Source of the DNA: a virus
Taxonomy: Duplodnaviria > Caudoviricetes
Direction: 5' to 3' (one strand)
DNA: 64,000 nucleotides
IMG/VR virus record: IMGVR_UViG_3300021256_000077
Location: 1-64,000 of that record
The notes under the pieces are model-generated. The model had not been told where the DNA came from, ran no database searches, and saw only the letters and a program-made list of their open reading frames with translations. Both the position numbers and the translations under genes were made by a program. Every line of letters starts with the position of its first letter. Within the stretch, counting starts at the first letter, position 1. Shown here piece by piece: positions 45,445-57,684 of the stretch.

Positions 45445-47658
45445 ATGAAGTATGTACTGTATATGCCAAGTAAAAATATTGTTAAGGTATTCGACGTACG
45501 TGTTAAGAAAGACAGGCATGATATGTTCAATTTCATGCTGGAAAATTACGAAAATTGTGAGTCGTTCAAGATATATAGAGCGACGTTCGAGCTTGAACCT
45601 GTTTGGTGGACGGCGCGGAGTTTCCACGGCCAGGTCATGGAAATCGAGTTCGGCGACCGCTACGGGACGGTCTACGACACCATCTCGATTCAGTATGGGG
45701 AGGAATGAGAAATGATCGCGATCTCTGGCAAATACGGCAACTTGGTATATGAAACCGTCGAACCAGAACCCGAACACGAACCCGCCAGGGTGGTCTACCA
45801 TGGCCACCACTACGTGGAAGTGGATGGGCACATCTACGTAGAACCGGGCTATTACGCAGTCGATGACGGCAATCATCCGGGTTGGATTGACACCTTCGTC
45901 ACCAAAGAAGCTGCCCAGAAATGGGTGGAGCACCTTGAAAACGAGGGCTGTGCACCCTCATGTATCTACGTACTACATGATGAAGTAAACCGATGCGGAA
46001 TTTGCAGATTATCGCAAATCCAATGCGGAAATTCTCGCAAATTGTCGCAAAATTAATGCGGAAAATTTGTAAATAATCGCAAATCCGTCCGGAAATTTCC
46101 GTGCGGATTTTTAGATTGTCGCAAAACGAAAGGAACAGTAATTATGATTAAGCAGATTAATAAACTTCAGGACTGGGTGCGGATGAACTTCGAATTCATC
46201 CCTACTCGAATCGTCGCGAAACTTATGGAAGCCGGGGAAGACATCCCCGAACTGACCCCTACTGACGAGGAATACGACGACGTGCTGCCCATGTGGGGAA
46301 CCATGTGGAGCTTCCATGAAGAACTCGATTCGAGCTTCATCAAAAAGATCGCGGAATGCGGATTCCGGGTATTCTATCAGGATGACCTTGGATATCTCAT
46401 TGGAATTGACGGTGGCGGATATGACTTCATGGAAGCACACTGGCTTCCGTTGTATCGCGTATTTGGCGGAACGGATATTGACTAACAACTAATGCGGACT
46501 TTCTCAGATATTTACACGCCAGGGCTGATTATCGCCCTGCGTTTTTAAGTGCGGAATTTTCGCGGAATTGAAAGGAGAAAAAATATGAGAACATATAAGC
46601 TATTTCGTGAAAAGAATGGCAAACTCTACCCCTTATTTGTAAACGCCAATGAGGAAGTGCCCGTTGGCGAATGGCTTACCGCTCAGATCGGCGCGAAAGC
46701 TGATGATACGCATGTTAAATCCCGTCTTGGCGCGTTGTCACTTCGTCCGGGTTGGCACTCGTGCACCGTGCCGTTCACGGACTGGATTGGCAAGAAAGGT
46801 ACGGACGGAAAGCTGTATCAACGGCCCGGAACTGTGTGGGCTGAATGCGAAATTGACGGCGAACCGCAGGAAGTTACCGCCAGGAACGGGCTGCGGGAAC
46901 TCCCGGATACGTGGTATCACTTCCGCACCAACGCCAAGCAGATTTGGCCTTGGATCATTTCCCGGAAGATCAAAGTTGTGCGGACTCTGACCCATGAAGA
47001 GGTCGAGCGGATTTGCGAGTCGTACGGAATAAAAGCGCAGGAGGTGGCATAACATGGCAACCATCAGCACCAGGGACGGATATAAGTATGTTCGCCTTGC
47101 GGAAATCCCCATGAACGATGGGAAGTTCAAGTTCAATGGTCGCGAATATGACTTGGATGCGGATTTTGAACCGATTGGATATCCCGAGTTTTACGACGAT
47201 GAGGACGGTAAGCTGCGTTTCCTGTCCTATGTGGAACGTGAAGAGTGGCGCAACCCGCTCATGCTGGAAGTCGGGGAATACATGGACGAGGTAATCATAT
47301 ACAGGGAGGAGAATGAAAATGACTAAGACTGAATTTATCGAGAGCATGCAGAACTTCATCGACGAACTCAAAGAAGGAAGTTGGGGGTGCTTTGATCCCT
47401 CAAAGGGTGTCACCCTTTTTGGAAACAAAAACTATGGTGAAATTTGGATTGATGTATCCGAAAGCTGCACGATCAACGCAAAGCTGTACACCGCAACCGA
47501 AGAAGAAAAGAAAGGCTGAGGTGCGGAAAATGTTGAGATCAGAAATGTTGGAACAGGAACGCCGTGAGAAGCGCAATGCCATCACGACGTTTTTGATTGA
47601 AGGAATCCTGACAGGCCTTATGGCAATGGGTCTGTTCTGGATGGCAATGCATGTGTGA
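45445..47658 (+). CDS. Run of small early hypothetical genes (45445, 45712, 46144, 46574, 47054, 47313, 47530)
   Basis: Tightly packed track ORFs with GGAG RBSs and TAA/TGA stops. Confidence 0.55.
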
Positions 47659-47674
47659 TGAAAGGAGAAATAAC

Positions 47675-48697
47675 ATGAATCTTTTATCTCTCTTTTCCGG
47701 GATCGGAGCGTTCGAACGTGCGCTCCAGGAACTCGGCGCGGACTTCGACATCGTGAATTACTGCGAGGTCGATCCGTACGCCTCGAAAGCATATTCCCTT
47801 CTGCACAACATTCCAGAATCGCGGAATCTCTGGGATGTGCGGAAGGTGGATTGTAGGAGATACCCGTACGGGAAGCTTGATCTCCTGACCTATGGCTTTC
47901 CATGTCAGGACATCAGCATTAACGGCAGGAAGCAGGGCTTCCGCAATGAGGACGGCACGACAACACGAAGCGGACTGTTTACGGAGGCCGTCCGTATCAT
48001 CCGCGAGACCACGCCGAAGGTGGCGATTGCGGAAAATGTCAAGAACTTGCTGTCCACTGGGATGACGGAAGCACGTCAGATCGTGGCGGAAACGCTGAAT
48101 CGATCTGGCTATAACAGCTATTGGGCAGTGCTGAATGCGCAAGGCTTCGGCATCCCGCAAGCCCGTGAGCGGGTGTTCATCGTCAGCATCCGCAAAGATT
48201 TGGACGATGGGAGCTTCACCTTCCCTATCGGATTTCCGCTGACCAAACAGGTAGCGGACTTTCTGGATGCGGAAGTGCCAGAAAAGTTCGACATACCGGA
48301 ATCACACAAGGCGGGCATGGAATGGCGAACCCACTATGAGAACATGGATGACCCGTTCGGCATCCACTGGGTCGGAAACCTCAATCATTACAACTACCAC
48401 AAGATGAACAGAGTCTATTCGGCGTACGGAAGCTGCGCCACTTTGGACACGGTTTCAGGTGGTGGTCGGGCAATGAAAATTCTCGCCCCGGATGGCAGGG
48501 TACGGTATCTCACCCCTGACGAGTACTTCAAATTGATGGGGTTTACGCAGGAAGACGTTGATCTTCTGCGGGCAAACGGGCTGAGCAATTCCCGCCTGTA
48601 TAAGATGGCCGGAAACAGCATCGTTGTCCCTGTCGCAAAGGCAGTATTGAAACAGGTTATCAATGCGGAATTTTCGCAGATCGAAAGGAGCGCATAA
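47675..48697 (+). CDS. dcm: DNA cytosine-5 methyltransferase
   Basis: LFSGIG, GFPCQD, ENV, QARER and AGNSI motifs. Confidence 0.92.
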   Translation: MNLLSLFSGIGAFERALQELGADFDIVNYCEVDPYASKAYSLLHNIPESRNLWDVRKVDCRRYPYGKLDLLTYGFPCQDISINGRKQGFRNEDGTTTRSGLFTEAVRIIRETTPKVAIAENVKNLLSTGMTEARQIVAETLNRSGYNSYWAVLNAQGFGIPQARERVFIVSIRKDLDDGSFTFPIGFPLTKQVADFLDAEVPEKFDIPESHKAGMEWRTHYENMDDPFGIHWVGNLNHYNYHKMNRVYSAYGSCATLDTVSGGGRAMKILAPDGRVRYLTPDEYFKLMGFTQEDVDLLRANGLSNSRLYKMAGNSIVVPVAKAVLKQVINAEFSQIERSA

Positions 48698-48699
48698 CA

Positions 48700-50215
48700 A
48701 TGACGGAATACAGAGTTTTGATAGTGACAGCCAATAATCGCACCATTCAGCTTGGTGTGATAACCGCTTCCCCTTCCGCAACGGTCGCGGAGTTTATTGG
48801 GGAACTTCATCGGGGATTCTACATCCCCCTTGGACTGCCGGAAGAGATGGTGAACGTAGTGTATAGCCGCAAAGATCACCTGTTCATCGTGAAGGATTTA
48901 CTTCATCGTGAAACCGTGTGCTATCTCCACCAGGTGGCGTAACGAATAAGGAGGAACGAACAATGGCTAACATTTTCACGGTCAAGCTCGAACGGATTGA
49001 AACTCTTATGGTTAACGTGATCGCAGATTCTGCGGAAGATGCGGAAGATATCGTCGAGTCCGCAGTATATGACGGACTTACAGTTTCGGACTTCTTTGAG
49101 AATGAAGTTGTCACGGAAAGTATCAGCGCCTCTGCCATGAGCAAGACCCGTGGTTATGGGGTTCAGATGCTTCCTGACGAGTTCTACCCGGAAGAAGACG
49201 AGGGGGCGGGAGCATGAGTATATGGGAGTGGTTATGGCCCGACCTCTACTCGGGCCTCCCCCTTTTCAACTGCGGAATGAAGGTCGGGAAGATTTCCGTC
49301 AAGACCTGCGATAAATGCTACCTGCGGAGCGTCTGCAATATCTATGCAGAGCACGCCAACGATAAGAAGGAGGAAACGAAATGATTTATACCGCTGAAGA
49401 AATGGAACTGCTCACAAACAATGTACAGCAGATTGAATCTTACCTGCGCGGATTGATGCCGGAAATTCGGAAGCCCATCCATATTGAGTTCGGCGATATC
49501 ATTACCCACCCTGGTAACTATGGACGTGTGACGATGGAAAATGAGTACGAACTTATCGTTGATAATGATGATATCTGTGGTCGGCATGGTTGCTTTACCC
49601 TCAATTTTTTCGGTAAAAGGTCTGACAGATCAGCTTGGACGGTTATTCCGATCTATACCCCGCGTGGTGCGGATTACATGATGAAACTGTGCAGAGACTG
49701 GAAGGTTATCAAGTACAAGATTCTCGTTGAAATCAACAAGCAGAAATCGGAACTCGAACAACTGAAAAACTTTGAACTGTGAATAAGGAGGAAACGAAAT
49801 GAAATGCTCTTGCGGATGCAATGAATTCTATGCACAGCAAATCTTGTATGTAAATGTGATTGTCGATGGTCATAACAATTTTCTGCGGAATGAGCATGAA
49901 AAAGAAACGGATAACTTTGTGCCGGGGCTAGATATTTATGACTGTGAAGCTCCGTACGGACCATTCATTTGTGTAAATTGCGGAGAAGTATATGACAAAT
50001 TGGAGGGATGAACAATGGCAACCAAGATCAAAGACCTCAAGCATGGCGAGTTCTTCACGCTGAAACCCATTGCGGAACCTAAGGAATCTCAGGTCTACGT
50101 CCGGGGCGAATATGATCGCTCCGAGCGGAAGTACTGGGCACAGAAATGGAACGACATCGGCGACGGCAAGTATCTGGACGGTAACCGCACTGTCTATACA
50201 GATTTCACATTCTGA
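48700..50215 (+). CDS. Run of small early hypothetical genes (48700, 48963, 49381, 49799, 50015)
   Basis: Track ORFs, most preceded by AAGGAGGA. Confidence 0.55.
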
Positions 50216-50229
50216 AAGGAGAATTGATT

Positions 50230-51108
50230 ATGGCTAAGTTCGATATTTATCAGATGGTAACCGACCGTATCCTGAACGACCTGAAAAACGGCACTGTGCC
50301 GTGGGAAAAGCCGTGGACGAACACGACCGGGAATACGGTCGCCAGGTCGCACAACGATGGCCGGGTCTATTCCCTGCTGAATCAGATGCTCCTCGGGATT
50401 CCGGGCGAATATGCAACCTTCACGCAGGTCAATAAGGAAGGTGGCAAGGTTAAGAAGGGCGCGAAGCAGAGCGTCGTGGTCTTCTACAAGCTTATCCAGA
50501 AGAAGGAAAAGGTCACGGATGATGACGGCAACGAGGAAGAGACTACTGGCCGGAAGATTCCGATTCTGCGGTACTCCGGGGTCTTCCATCTGGACGATAC
50601 GGAAGGCATCAAGCCCAAGTACGTCAAGAGTGCAGGATTGAATGCGGACAATCACACGATTGATGAGATTGATGCGGTGGTTGCGGACTATCTGAATCGC
50701 TCTGGCGTGGTGCTGCGCCACTATGAACAGGATAGTGCGTTCTATAACACCAAGTCGCACGAGGTGATCATGCCTAAGATCGGCCAGTTCAGAAATTCGG
50801 AAGCCTACTATGCTTCCCTCTTCCACGAACTCGGCCACAGCACCGGGAAAGCACTGGGACGCGACATGAGCGGGCAGAAAGAGAAGTACAGCCGTGAGGA
50901 ATTGGTCGCGGAGATTACTTCTTCCGTTCTCTGCAATCATTTCGGAATAGACTCCGCAAAATTGGAGCGGAACACGTCATCTTACATCAAGGGATGGCTG
51001 AAGCCCTTGCAGGACGATCCGAAGATGGTCGTCTGGGCCGCAAATCGTGCGGAAAAGGCGGTCAACCTGATTCTGAACATCACGAAAACGAACGAGGAGG
51101 ATGAATGA
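50230..51108 (+). CDS. ardC: ArdC-like antirestriction ssDNA-binding/zincin protein
   Basis: VPWEKPW, YSLLNQ..L, YATFTQ..GGKVKKG, HELGHST and EELVAE motifs. Confidence 0.85.
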   Translation: MAKFDIYQMVTDRILNDLKNGTVPWEKPWTNTTGNTVARSHNDGRVYSLLNQMLLGIPGEYATFTQVNKEGGKVKKGAKQSVVVFYKLIQKKEKVTDDDGNEEETTGRKIPILRYSGVFHLDDTEGIKPKYVKSAGLNADNHTIDEIDAVVADYLNRSGVVLRHYEQDSAFYNTKSHEVIMPKIGQFRNSEAYYASLFHELGHSTGKALGRDMSGQKEKYSREELVAEITSSVLCNHFGIDSAKLERNTSSYIKGWLKPLQDDPKMVVWAANRAEKAVNLILNITKTNEEDE

Positions 51109-51826
51109 TATGGCAAGCATGTACACGGACGGCAGGATGGTAATCATCATCGATATGGCTACATGGAACGGTAACCAGTATGGCCCTAGTTTCGAAGCGG
51201 ACTTCTTCGAGAACGGAACTTTGAACTACATTGAGCAGATTAACTGCCGATGTGTGGACGATGTGCAGTACCTTATCGACCAAGCCACCGACTGGAAGCT
51301 CGGGGTTGGCGACTATGTGGACGAACTTGAGGGTGAAACCGGGCATACGCCCGAAGATCGGCACGTTGACATAGATATCGTATGGGAAGCAAGCCCGAAC
51401 GACCCGGAATACTTCAACTATGACAGCTGGACGGATGAGAATCGTCCGAACGACTGGACTTATGTAGTCCCGTGTCTGAATACCATTGCGAATATCGCAG
51501 AATGGCAGGGCAACATCACACATGAGCAGATTCTCGACGACTACAACAACGGTCGTCTGAGAATTCCCATGGGTTAAGGAGGAATGAGCATGAATAAGGA
51601 ACGCAGGAAGTACATCCGTAACATCATCGAATCACTTGAGGTCGCAAAATCCGACCTCGAGCAGATTCGGGAAGAGGAACAGATGGCATTCGACAATATG
51701 CCGGAAGGTTTACAGGCATCGGAACGGGGCGAAGCAATGGAAGATGCCATCTACAACCTGGAAGATGCGTTCGATTCCGTTGACAGCGCAATCGATACCC
51801 TGAACGAAATCATCGGGGAGGTATGA
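51101..51826 (+). CDS. Two hypothetical proteins (51101-51577, 51584-51826)
   Basis: Track ORFs; the second is a short coiled coil (NMPEGLQ.SERGE). Confidence 0.55.
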
Positions 51827-52464
51827 GCATGAATATCCTTGTTGCATGCGAAGAATCACAAGAAGTTTGTAAGGCATTTCGTGAGCTTGGCCACGATGCC
51901 TTTTCTTGTGACATCGAATCTTGTTCCGGCGGGCATCCTGAGTGGCACATCGAAGGAGATGTCCTTCCCCTTCTCAATGGGAACTGCCAGTTTGAGACCG
52001 CCGACGGACTCACCCACTATCAGGCCGGAAGGTGGGACATGATCATCGCCTTCCCGCCTTGCACCCACCTCTCTTCTAGCGGCCAGCACTGGTTTGCAAG
52101 AGGTTTGAAAGACCCGCAGCTCAGAGAGGATGGTGTTAAGTTCTTTATGCGGTTCGTAAATGCGGACTGCGACAGGATTGCAATCGAGAATCCGGTAGGA
52201 ATCATGAGCACTCGGTATCGGAAGCCCGACCAAATCATTCAGCCGTGGATGTTTGGTCATGGCGAGACCAAGCAGACCTGCCTTTGGTTGAAAGGTCTGC
52301 CAAAACTTGTGCCGACCAACATTGTGGAAGGTCGAGAGCACAGAATCCTGGCGATGGGGCCGTCAGAAAATCGCCGGAAGATGAGGAGCAAGACCTATCA
52401 CGGCGTAGCCCTTGCCATGGCAGCACAGTGGGGAAAGGAGTTGGATGACGATGTTCGGTTCTAA
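51823..52464 (+). CDS. Short C5 DNA methyltransferase-like protein
   Basis: ILVACEES, SCDI, FPPCT and IENPV motifs; lacks a full target-recognition domain. Confidence 0.75.
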   Translation: MSMNILVACEESQEVCKAFRELGHDAFSCDIESCSGGHPEWHIEGDVLPLLNGNCQFETADGLTHYQAGRWDMIIAFPPCTHLSSSGQHWFARGLKDPQLREDGVKFFMRFVNADCDRIAIENPVGIMSTRYRKPDQIIQPWMFGHGETKQTCLWLKGLPKLVPTNIVEGREHRILAMGPSENRRKMRSKTYHGVALAMAAQWGKELDDDVRF

Positions 52465-52828
52465 TCCTACCCCGTTTTGGGGTGACATCTTCTATGCGGA
52501 TCTTGGAATTCCGCAGCCCGGTCAGTATGTGATCGGCAAGATTCGCCCGGTCGTGATTGTTTCCAACAACATGGGCAATCTTTACGGGAATACCATTACG
52601 GTAGTCCCCCTCACGAGTGGGCAGAAGCGGTTAAATCTGCCGACTCATATTGAGATTACCCCGGATGATATCCAGTCTTCCGGCGATTATCTTAAGCCGT
52701 CAACGATCCTGACGGAACAGATAATGACTATCGATAAGACATGCCTTAAAGCATATATAGGCCGCATCAATTCGGTAGCTGTTATCGGCAAAATTTATGA
52801 AGCACTAAGAATTCAGTTAGCAATTTAA
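52445..52828 (+). CDS. PemK/MazF-family endoribonuclease, no adjacent antitoxin
   Basis: GDIFYADLG, RPVVIVSN, TVVPLTS and EQIMTIDK motifs. Confidence 0.82.
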   Translation: MTMFGSNPTPFWGDIFYADLGIPQPGQYVIGKIRPVVIVSNNMGNLYGNTITVVPLTSGQKRLNLPTHIEITPDDIQSSGDYLKPSTILTEQIMTIDKTCLKAYIGRINSVAVIGKIYEALRIQLAI

Positions 52829-52841
52829 GGAGGAGCGAACA

Positions 52842-54605
52842 ATGAACGAAGACCTGCGCGAAGCCATCCATGAATGGATTAAGGAATTTGACCAGTACGA
52901 ATGTGATGACACCGTTCTGCGTGATGAAATGGAACGGCTACTGGAGATAGAACGGGATGATGAACTGTATGAAAAAGCCCTGATTATTCGGGGCATGATC
53001 ATTGTTATTCAGCACGATCTCGATTACGGAGATTCGGAATTCGCTCCTGGCTATTGGCTGACTTGCGATGCGGACGAAATCTGCGACCGGATTATTTGGA
53101 TTCACAACTACAACAAGAAGAACGGAGGAAACTGAAATGGCAAAGATCATGAAGGACGGATGGCATATTGTGTGCGGCTATGAAGTGTACGTGGAAGACA
53201 ACAGAATTCGGCGCGGGGTCAAGAAAGACTACAACGGTGGCCTTGTTCCGGCATGGCCTTATCAGTGGCTGGACAAGTACAACTGCTGGACCGAAGCTTG
53301 CGGAGTCACGGTGTCAGCTTTCCGCTCCGGGTTCTATCGTGGAACCTACGATATGAAGTGAGGAGGAACGAACAATGATTAAGAGCTACAGTTTTGACGG
53401 TTGTGAAGTAAAGATCGAGCTGGAAAGCGGAAAGACCTATAAAGCCTATATGGGCGGGCTGTTCTACGGTCATTATGCGGCCTTCTTCGGATTCTTGGTT
53501 GCGGAAATTGAGTATGCCATCGGTAAACGTGCAGACGTTCCCAAGCTTCGGGGTATGACGTGGAACGAGATGTGGGCAATCAAAGATGAACTGGTCGATC
53601 ATATCAAGAGTACGCATTATCTTGACGATGAAAACAAAGCACACTTTTTTACAGCTCTGTGCAGTGCCCTTCCTGACAAGCGTCACCTCGGCGATGGGCA
53701 TGCATGGACAGATGGCGAAACAATCTATGTTGATAACAAACTGCTGCGCGAAAAGTTGGCCGATGTTATCGAGATGATCGATGATAACGTGAAAGCTCCC
53801 ACCGGATATTACGATCCGAGCGACGGCGTTGATGATGATGTGACCGGATGGCACTACATCGATATCGATTAAGGAAGAACTGCGCTAGACAAGGGGGTGA
53901 CGATATGGACTTTACGGAAATCTGGAACGAAGCCTACAACATTTACGCTGACTTCGCTGTAGCCGATGAGGAAGAAGCCGTGCGTCAGCTTAACAAATTC
54001 CTGGCGGAAGTTATCAATGATGGTCAGCTTAGTGTGGCCGATGCCATCTATATGGCGAACGACGTGATTACTACTTTCGAACTGTAATTGGAGGAATGAT
54101 TATGTACAGAACTTTGAATAAGAACTTCTGCTTCTATGCGGTAGAGTACGACGGCGTCACGACCATTCATGGATTCAGCAGTGACGTCAGCCCGGATGTT
54201 TTCTTTACCAACGTGGCCAGGACCATTGCCTTTGATGACTGCACGAATGAGAACGTTACGGGAATCTACTGGCATGGTGAGCGGGTATTTTACAATGGAT
54301 GGAAGCCCGGAATGGTGTACATCTTCTGCTTCTGCAATCTGGATCGCAAAGTTGTATGGGAAGGCAGCTTCCCCGAATGGGATCATTAAGGAGGAATGGT
54401 TATGAAGACACGCAAAATCTTGGACATCTGTGAGTTCGGAGTACACGTGATCTGCATCAAGACCGACGAGAAAACTAATCCGTATCGAATTTACCACATC
54501 AAATGGTACGACGGACGCAAGCACAAGAAATTGTTAGCAAAGTATCAGGACTTTTACAGCGTCATGTACCACATCCTGAGTCTTTACTGCGGAATCAACA
54601 CTTAA
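52842..54605 (+). CDS. Run of small hypothetical genes (52842, 53137, 53375, 53905, 54096, 54396)
   Basis: Track ORFs with GGAGG RBSs. Confidence 0.55.
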
Positions 54606-54720
54606 CTCAGGAAATAGAATCCAAAAATCGCGTCCAGACCTCGGGATGATAAATTGATCGACCTTGGGTCTGGAACGCGAAATTGTATGAAAAACTATTG
54701 TAATTGTGGAGGTTTGAAGT

Positions 54721-55317
54721 ATGAAAAAGTTTGATGTTATTACTCGGTATGCTACCTATCCGAACTGCTACCTGAATCAGTCAGAGTACTCCAACAATAA
54801 TCACATCTATTTGGCCATCTGGTCGGAAGAAGAGGGGCCGATCAGCAATCTGACCGTCAATGTGGACGGCATTGAGGCTTATCCTAAGAACTATAGCTGC
54901 GTGGACATCAATAATTTCCCGGAAGCGGACGCAGTCATCCGCAAGCTCAAGATCGGCAAGGCAACCGAGCGTTGCATCTGGTCTGGAATGTGCATGTATC
55001 CGATCTACGAGTTTGACATGGCGAAAATCAACGCCGTGATGGGCAGAAAAGTGTACGTTGTGGAGTTTGACATCCAGAGAAACCGCACGACCTACTTCTA
55101 CAACTACTTTACCTTTGCGGCAAACGCCAAGGATGCTTGTGAGATTGCAAAGCGGAACTGGAAAGCCAGTTGGCACATGTTCCATATCCATGCAGTGAAA
55201 TCGACCGTACAGAATCCTGACTGGTTGAGTGTTAAGAGCCGGGAAAACAAGGAATATAAGGGAAAGGACAGCATGGAGCGGTTCGTCTGCACCGATGACA
55301 GACCGTGGAAAAAATAA
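54721..55317 (+). CDS. DUF4313-like protein
   Basis: LTVN...VDINN.P...IGK...SG.C.YP.Y.FD pattern. Confidence 0.55.
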   Translation: MKKFDVITRYATYPNCYLNQSEYSNNNHIYLAIWSEEEGPISNLTVNVDGIEAYPKNYSCVDINNFPEADAVIRKLKIGKATERCIWSGMCMYPIYEFDMAKINAVMGRKVYVVEFDIQRNRTTYFYNYFTFAANAKDACEIAKRNWKASWHMFHIHAVKSTVQNPDWLSVKSRENKEYKGKDSMERFVCTDDRPWKK

Positions 55318-55373
55318 TTTCACATCGTTGCAATAAAAACACAGAAATTGTTCCTTTATAAGCATAAGGAGGT

Positions 55374-56670
55374 ATGAACATGAGGTTCAATAAGAACGAT
55401 ATCGTGATCAACTGGAATGAAGACTTTGTATGGAATCTGGAAACCGTTATCACTAATAATGAAATTTACATTCCGACGTTAAATTTCGAGTTTTGGAGTT
55501 CGGATGCTTTGAACGACATTGTCGATGAAATGCGTGCCGCAAAGGGATACAAGACGATCCTGCACTTCGATGATCCTTCGCCGGAAGATAAAGACCCGGA
55601 AGTGTGGTATGACTTTTACATTGACGTGGCCAAGCATGGAGACAAGACCGGGCCTTGCATCTGGGCGAGTGTGCAAAATACCGACGCTGATGATAATAAC
55701 ACCTACTATACCATCGACCTGACCGATGAAGAAAGGCACGTGATTTACGAATGGTTGGATGAGCAGTGTCGGGAACATGAAGGCAAGTCGCTTGAAGAAC
55801 TGACGAACGAGTATGTGTGAGGAGGAAAAACGATGAAACGACTGGTTTATGACGGCGACATCTACACCATTTCTTCTGCGGCCAAGACCCCGGAAGAAGC
55901 AATTGAAACCCTGACACTTACGACTGAAGGATACTGCCTCGGACCTGAAGACCTGTGCGACACCGACCCGGAGTTTTTGGCGGAGAACTTCGCCGACTTC
56001 GAAGAGATGAGCGCGTATGACGAAGATGTGCGAATCAATCACCTGGCGGAAGAGTGGGGACTCACCCCCGCTGAAATCGACTACCTGAGATGAGGAGGAA
56101 CAAATCATGGAAAAGAAGTATGCAGTACTGATCAACGACAAACTGGCCGAGGAATTCGACAACTACAAGGAAGCCGCAACCTTCGCGCTGTGCAAGACCT
56201 GCGGATATGGCGACAAGATTTCGCTTTGCATGCCGGACGGCAAACGGGTAACGGTTCGGAAGGGTTATACGATTCCTGATGCAAATGACCGCGAAGTAGT
56301 TGGCAAGCTTGCAAAGGATGAATTTCATTACGGCGTTCGCCACTTCCAGCTTGACCGGATTTACTCTGACCTTGCGATGGATGCCGAAGGATATCCGCTC
56401 ATCGCGCTTGGATCGCTGTCAACCGCAGATTATCTGAATCTTACGTTGGCTGTATCCCTGGCGTTGCGTGAATACGAAGAAGGGCATCCGTTTTTGATCG
56501 AACGTATCGACTTTGGTATTCATGCCCCTGAAAACTGGCAGGAAATTTGCGATAAGGTGAATGCAGAAACGGCGCAGCTCGGCATCAATCATGATCTGAG
56601 TAAGGTTATGAAATACTTCCGCACAAAATACGCCCAGTACATTGACAATAACCGCACAATTGCGATCTGA
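55374..56670 (+). CDS. Three hypothetical proteins (55374, 55833, 56107)
   Basis: Track ORFs with GGAGG RBSs. Confidence 0.55.
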
Positions 56671-56683
56671 GGAGGCCGATATT

Positions 56684-57277
56684 ATGGAAATGAATTACAG
56701 AGCTTACAGGATTGATGGTCTTGGGACAATCAGAACGGTAACAGAGAATGACGAACTCTGGTTCTATGTAATTGATGTGTTGAGAGCGATTGATATTTCA
56801 GCTTCCGCAGGGCTTACAATAAAGAATTCGTCCGTTCTTTCGTCACACAGCAGAAAAATCCGTGACATGGAAACTAGGCTTATGATGTGGGTTGTAAATG
56901 CCTGTGGCGTCCGTCAGTACATTTCAAGAAGAGCTGAATTTTTTGCCCGCAACAATACAGAAAAAGAGCTGGCTTTATGCAGTTGGGTAGATGAAGTGTC
57001 AGACGAATACGTGCCAAGCAAGCCAAGGTACAAGACAGTTCGCTCATTGGCGAAGGATTTGAATTTCGGGTGTCGGGAACTGTACAAGAAGCTTCTGGAC
57101 GACAACATCTTGGAGTCGGTTGACGGTGTACTTCTCCCGACGCAGCAGACCAAGCTGTCTGGCTTGATGGCTCTTGTAATGACACGCAACATTTATGACA
57201 CGCAGTACAACGTGTTATCGTATGTGACTGATAAAGGATGCAAGTACTTCAAGGAAAAATATTCCAAGGCAATATGA
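56684..57277 (+). CDS. BRO-N / KilA-C antirepressor-like protein
   Basis: GTIRTVT....WF...DV at the N-terminus; TVRSLAK...LY..L....IL...PTQ...VT.KG at the C-terminus. Confidence 0.7.
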   Translation: MEMNYRAYRIDGLGTIRTVTENDELWFYVIDVLRAIDISASAGLTIKNSSVLSSHSRKIRDMETRLMMWVVNACGVRQYISRRAEFFARNNTEKELALCSWVDEVSDEYVPSKPRYKTVRSLAKDLNFGCRELYKKLLDDNILESVDGVLLPTQQTKLSGLMALVMTRNIYDTQYNVLSYVTDKGCKYFKEKYSKAI

Positions 57278-57372
57278 CAACACCCCTGCGACGATTTTGT
57301 AAAAGAAAACAGCCCGCAGGCAACATTCCTGGGGCTGTTTTGTGATTACGATTACAAAGGAGAAAGCGAACA

Positions 57373-57684
57373 ATGACACAGAACGAATGGTATAAGAAAG
57401 CCGAAGCAGAAATCAATCCTGTTATGGCACAGGTTGCCAGAATCATTAATGCAAAGCGCGAACATCCGGTGAAGATTGAGTACCTTGTAGAAACCGAGGA
57501 AAGCATCCAGTCCTACCCTGAATTCCATCAGCGGTATCATCACATGCGTCCTGATCGTGAGTGCATCTACATCTGGGAAGTCCGTGATGGATTTGACTAC
57601 CTGCTGTATGTAGTGAACATCGAAGGCGACTCAGTCCTGACTGCAATCTATGAAGCCATGAATCTGATTGCGGAAAAGTTCTGA
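57373..57684 (+). CDS. Hypothetical protein
   Basis: Track ORF with AAAGGAG RBS. Confidence 0.55.
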   Translation: MTQNEWYKKAEAEINPVMAQVARIINAKREHPVKIEYLVETEESIQSYPEFHQRYHHMRPDRECIYIWEVRDGFDYLLYVVNIEGDSVLTAIYEAMNLIAEKF

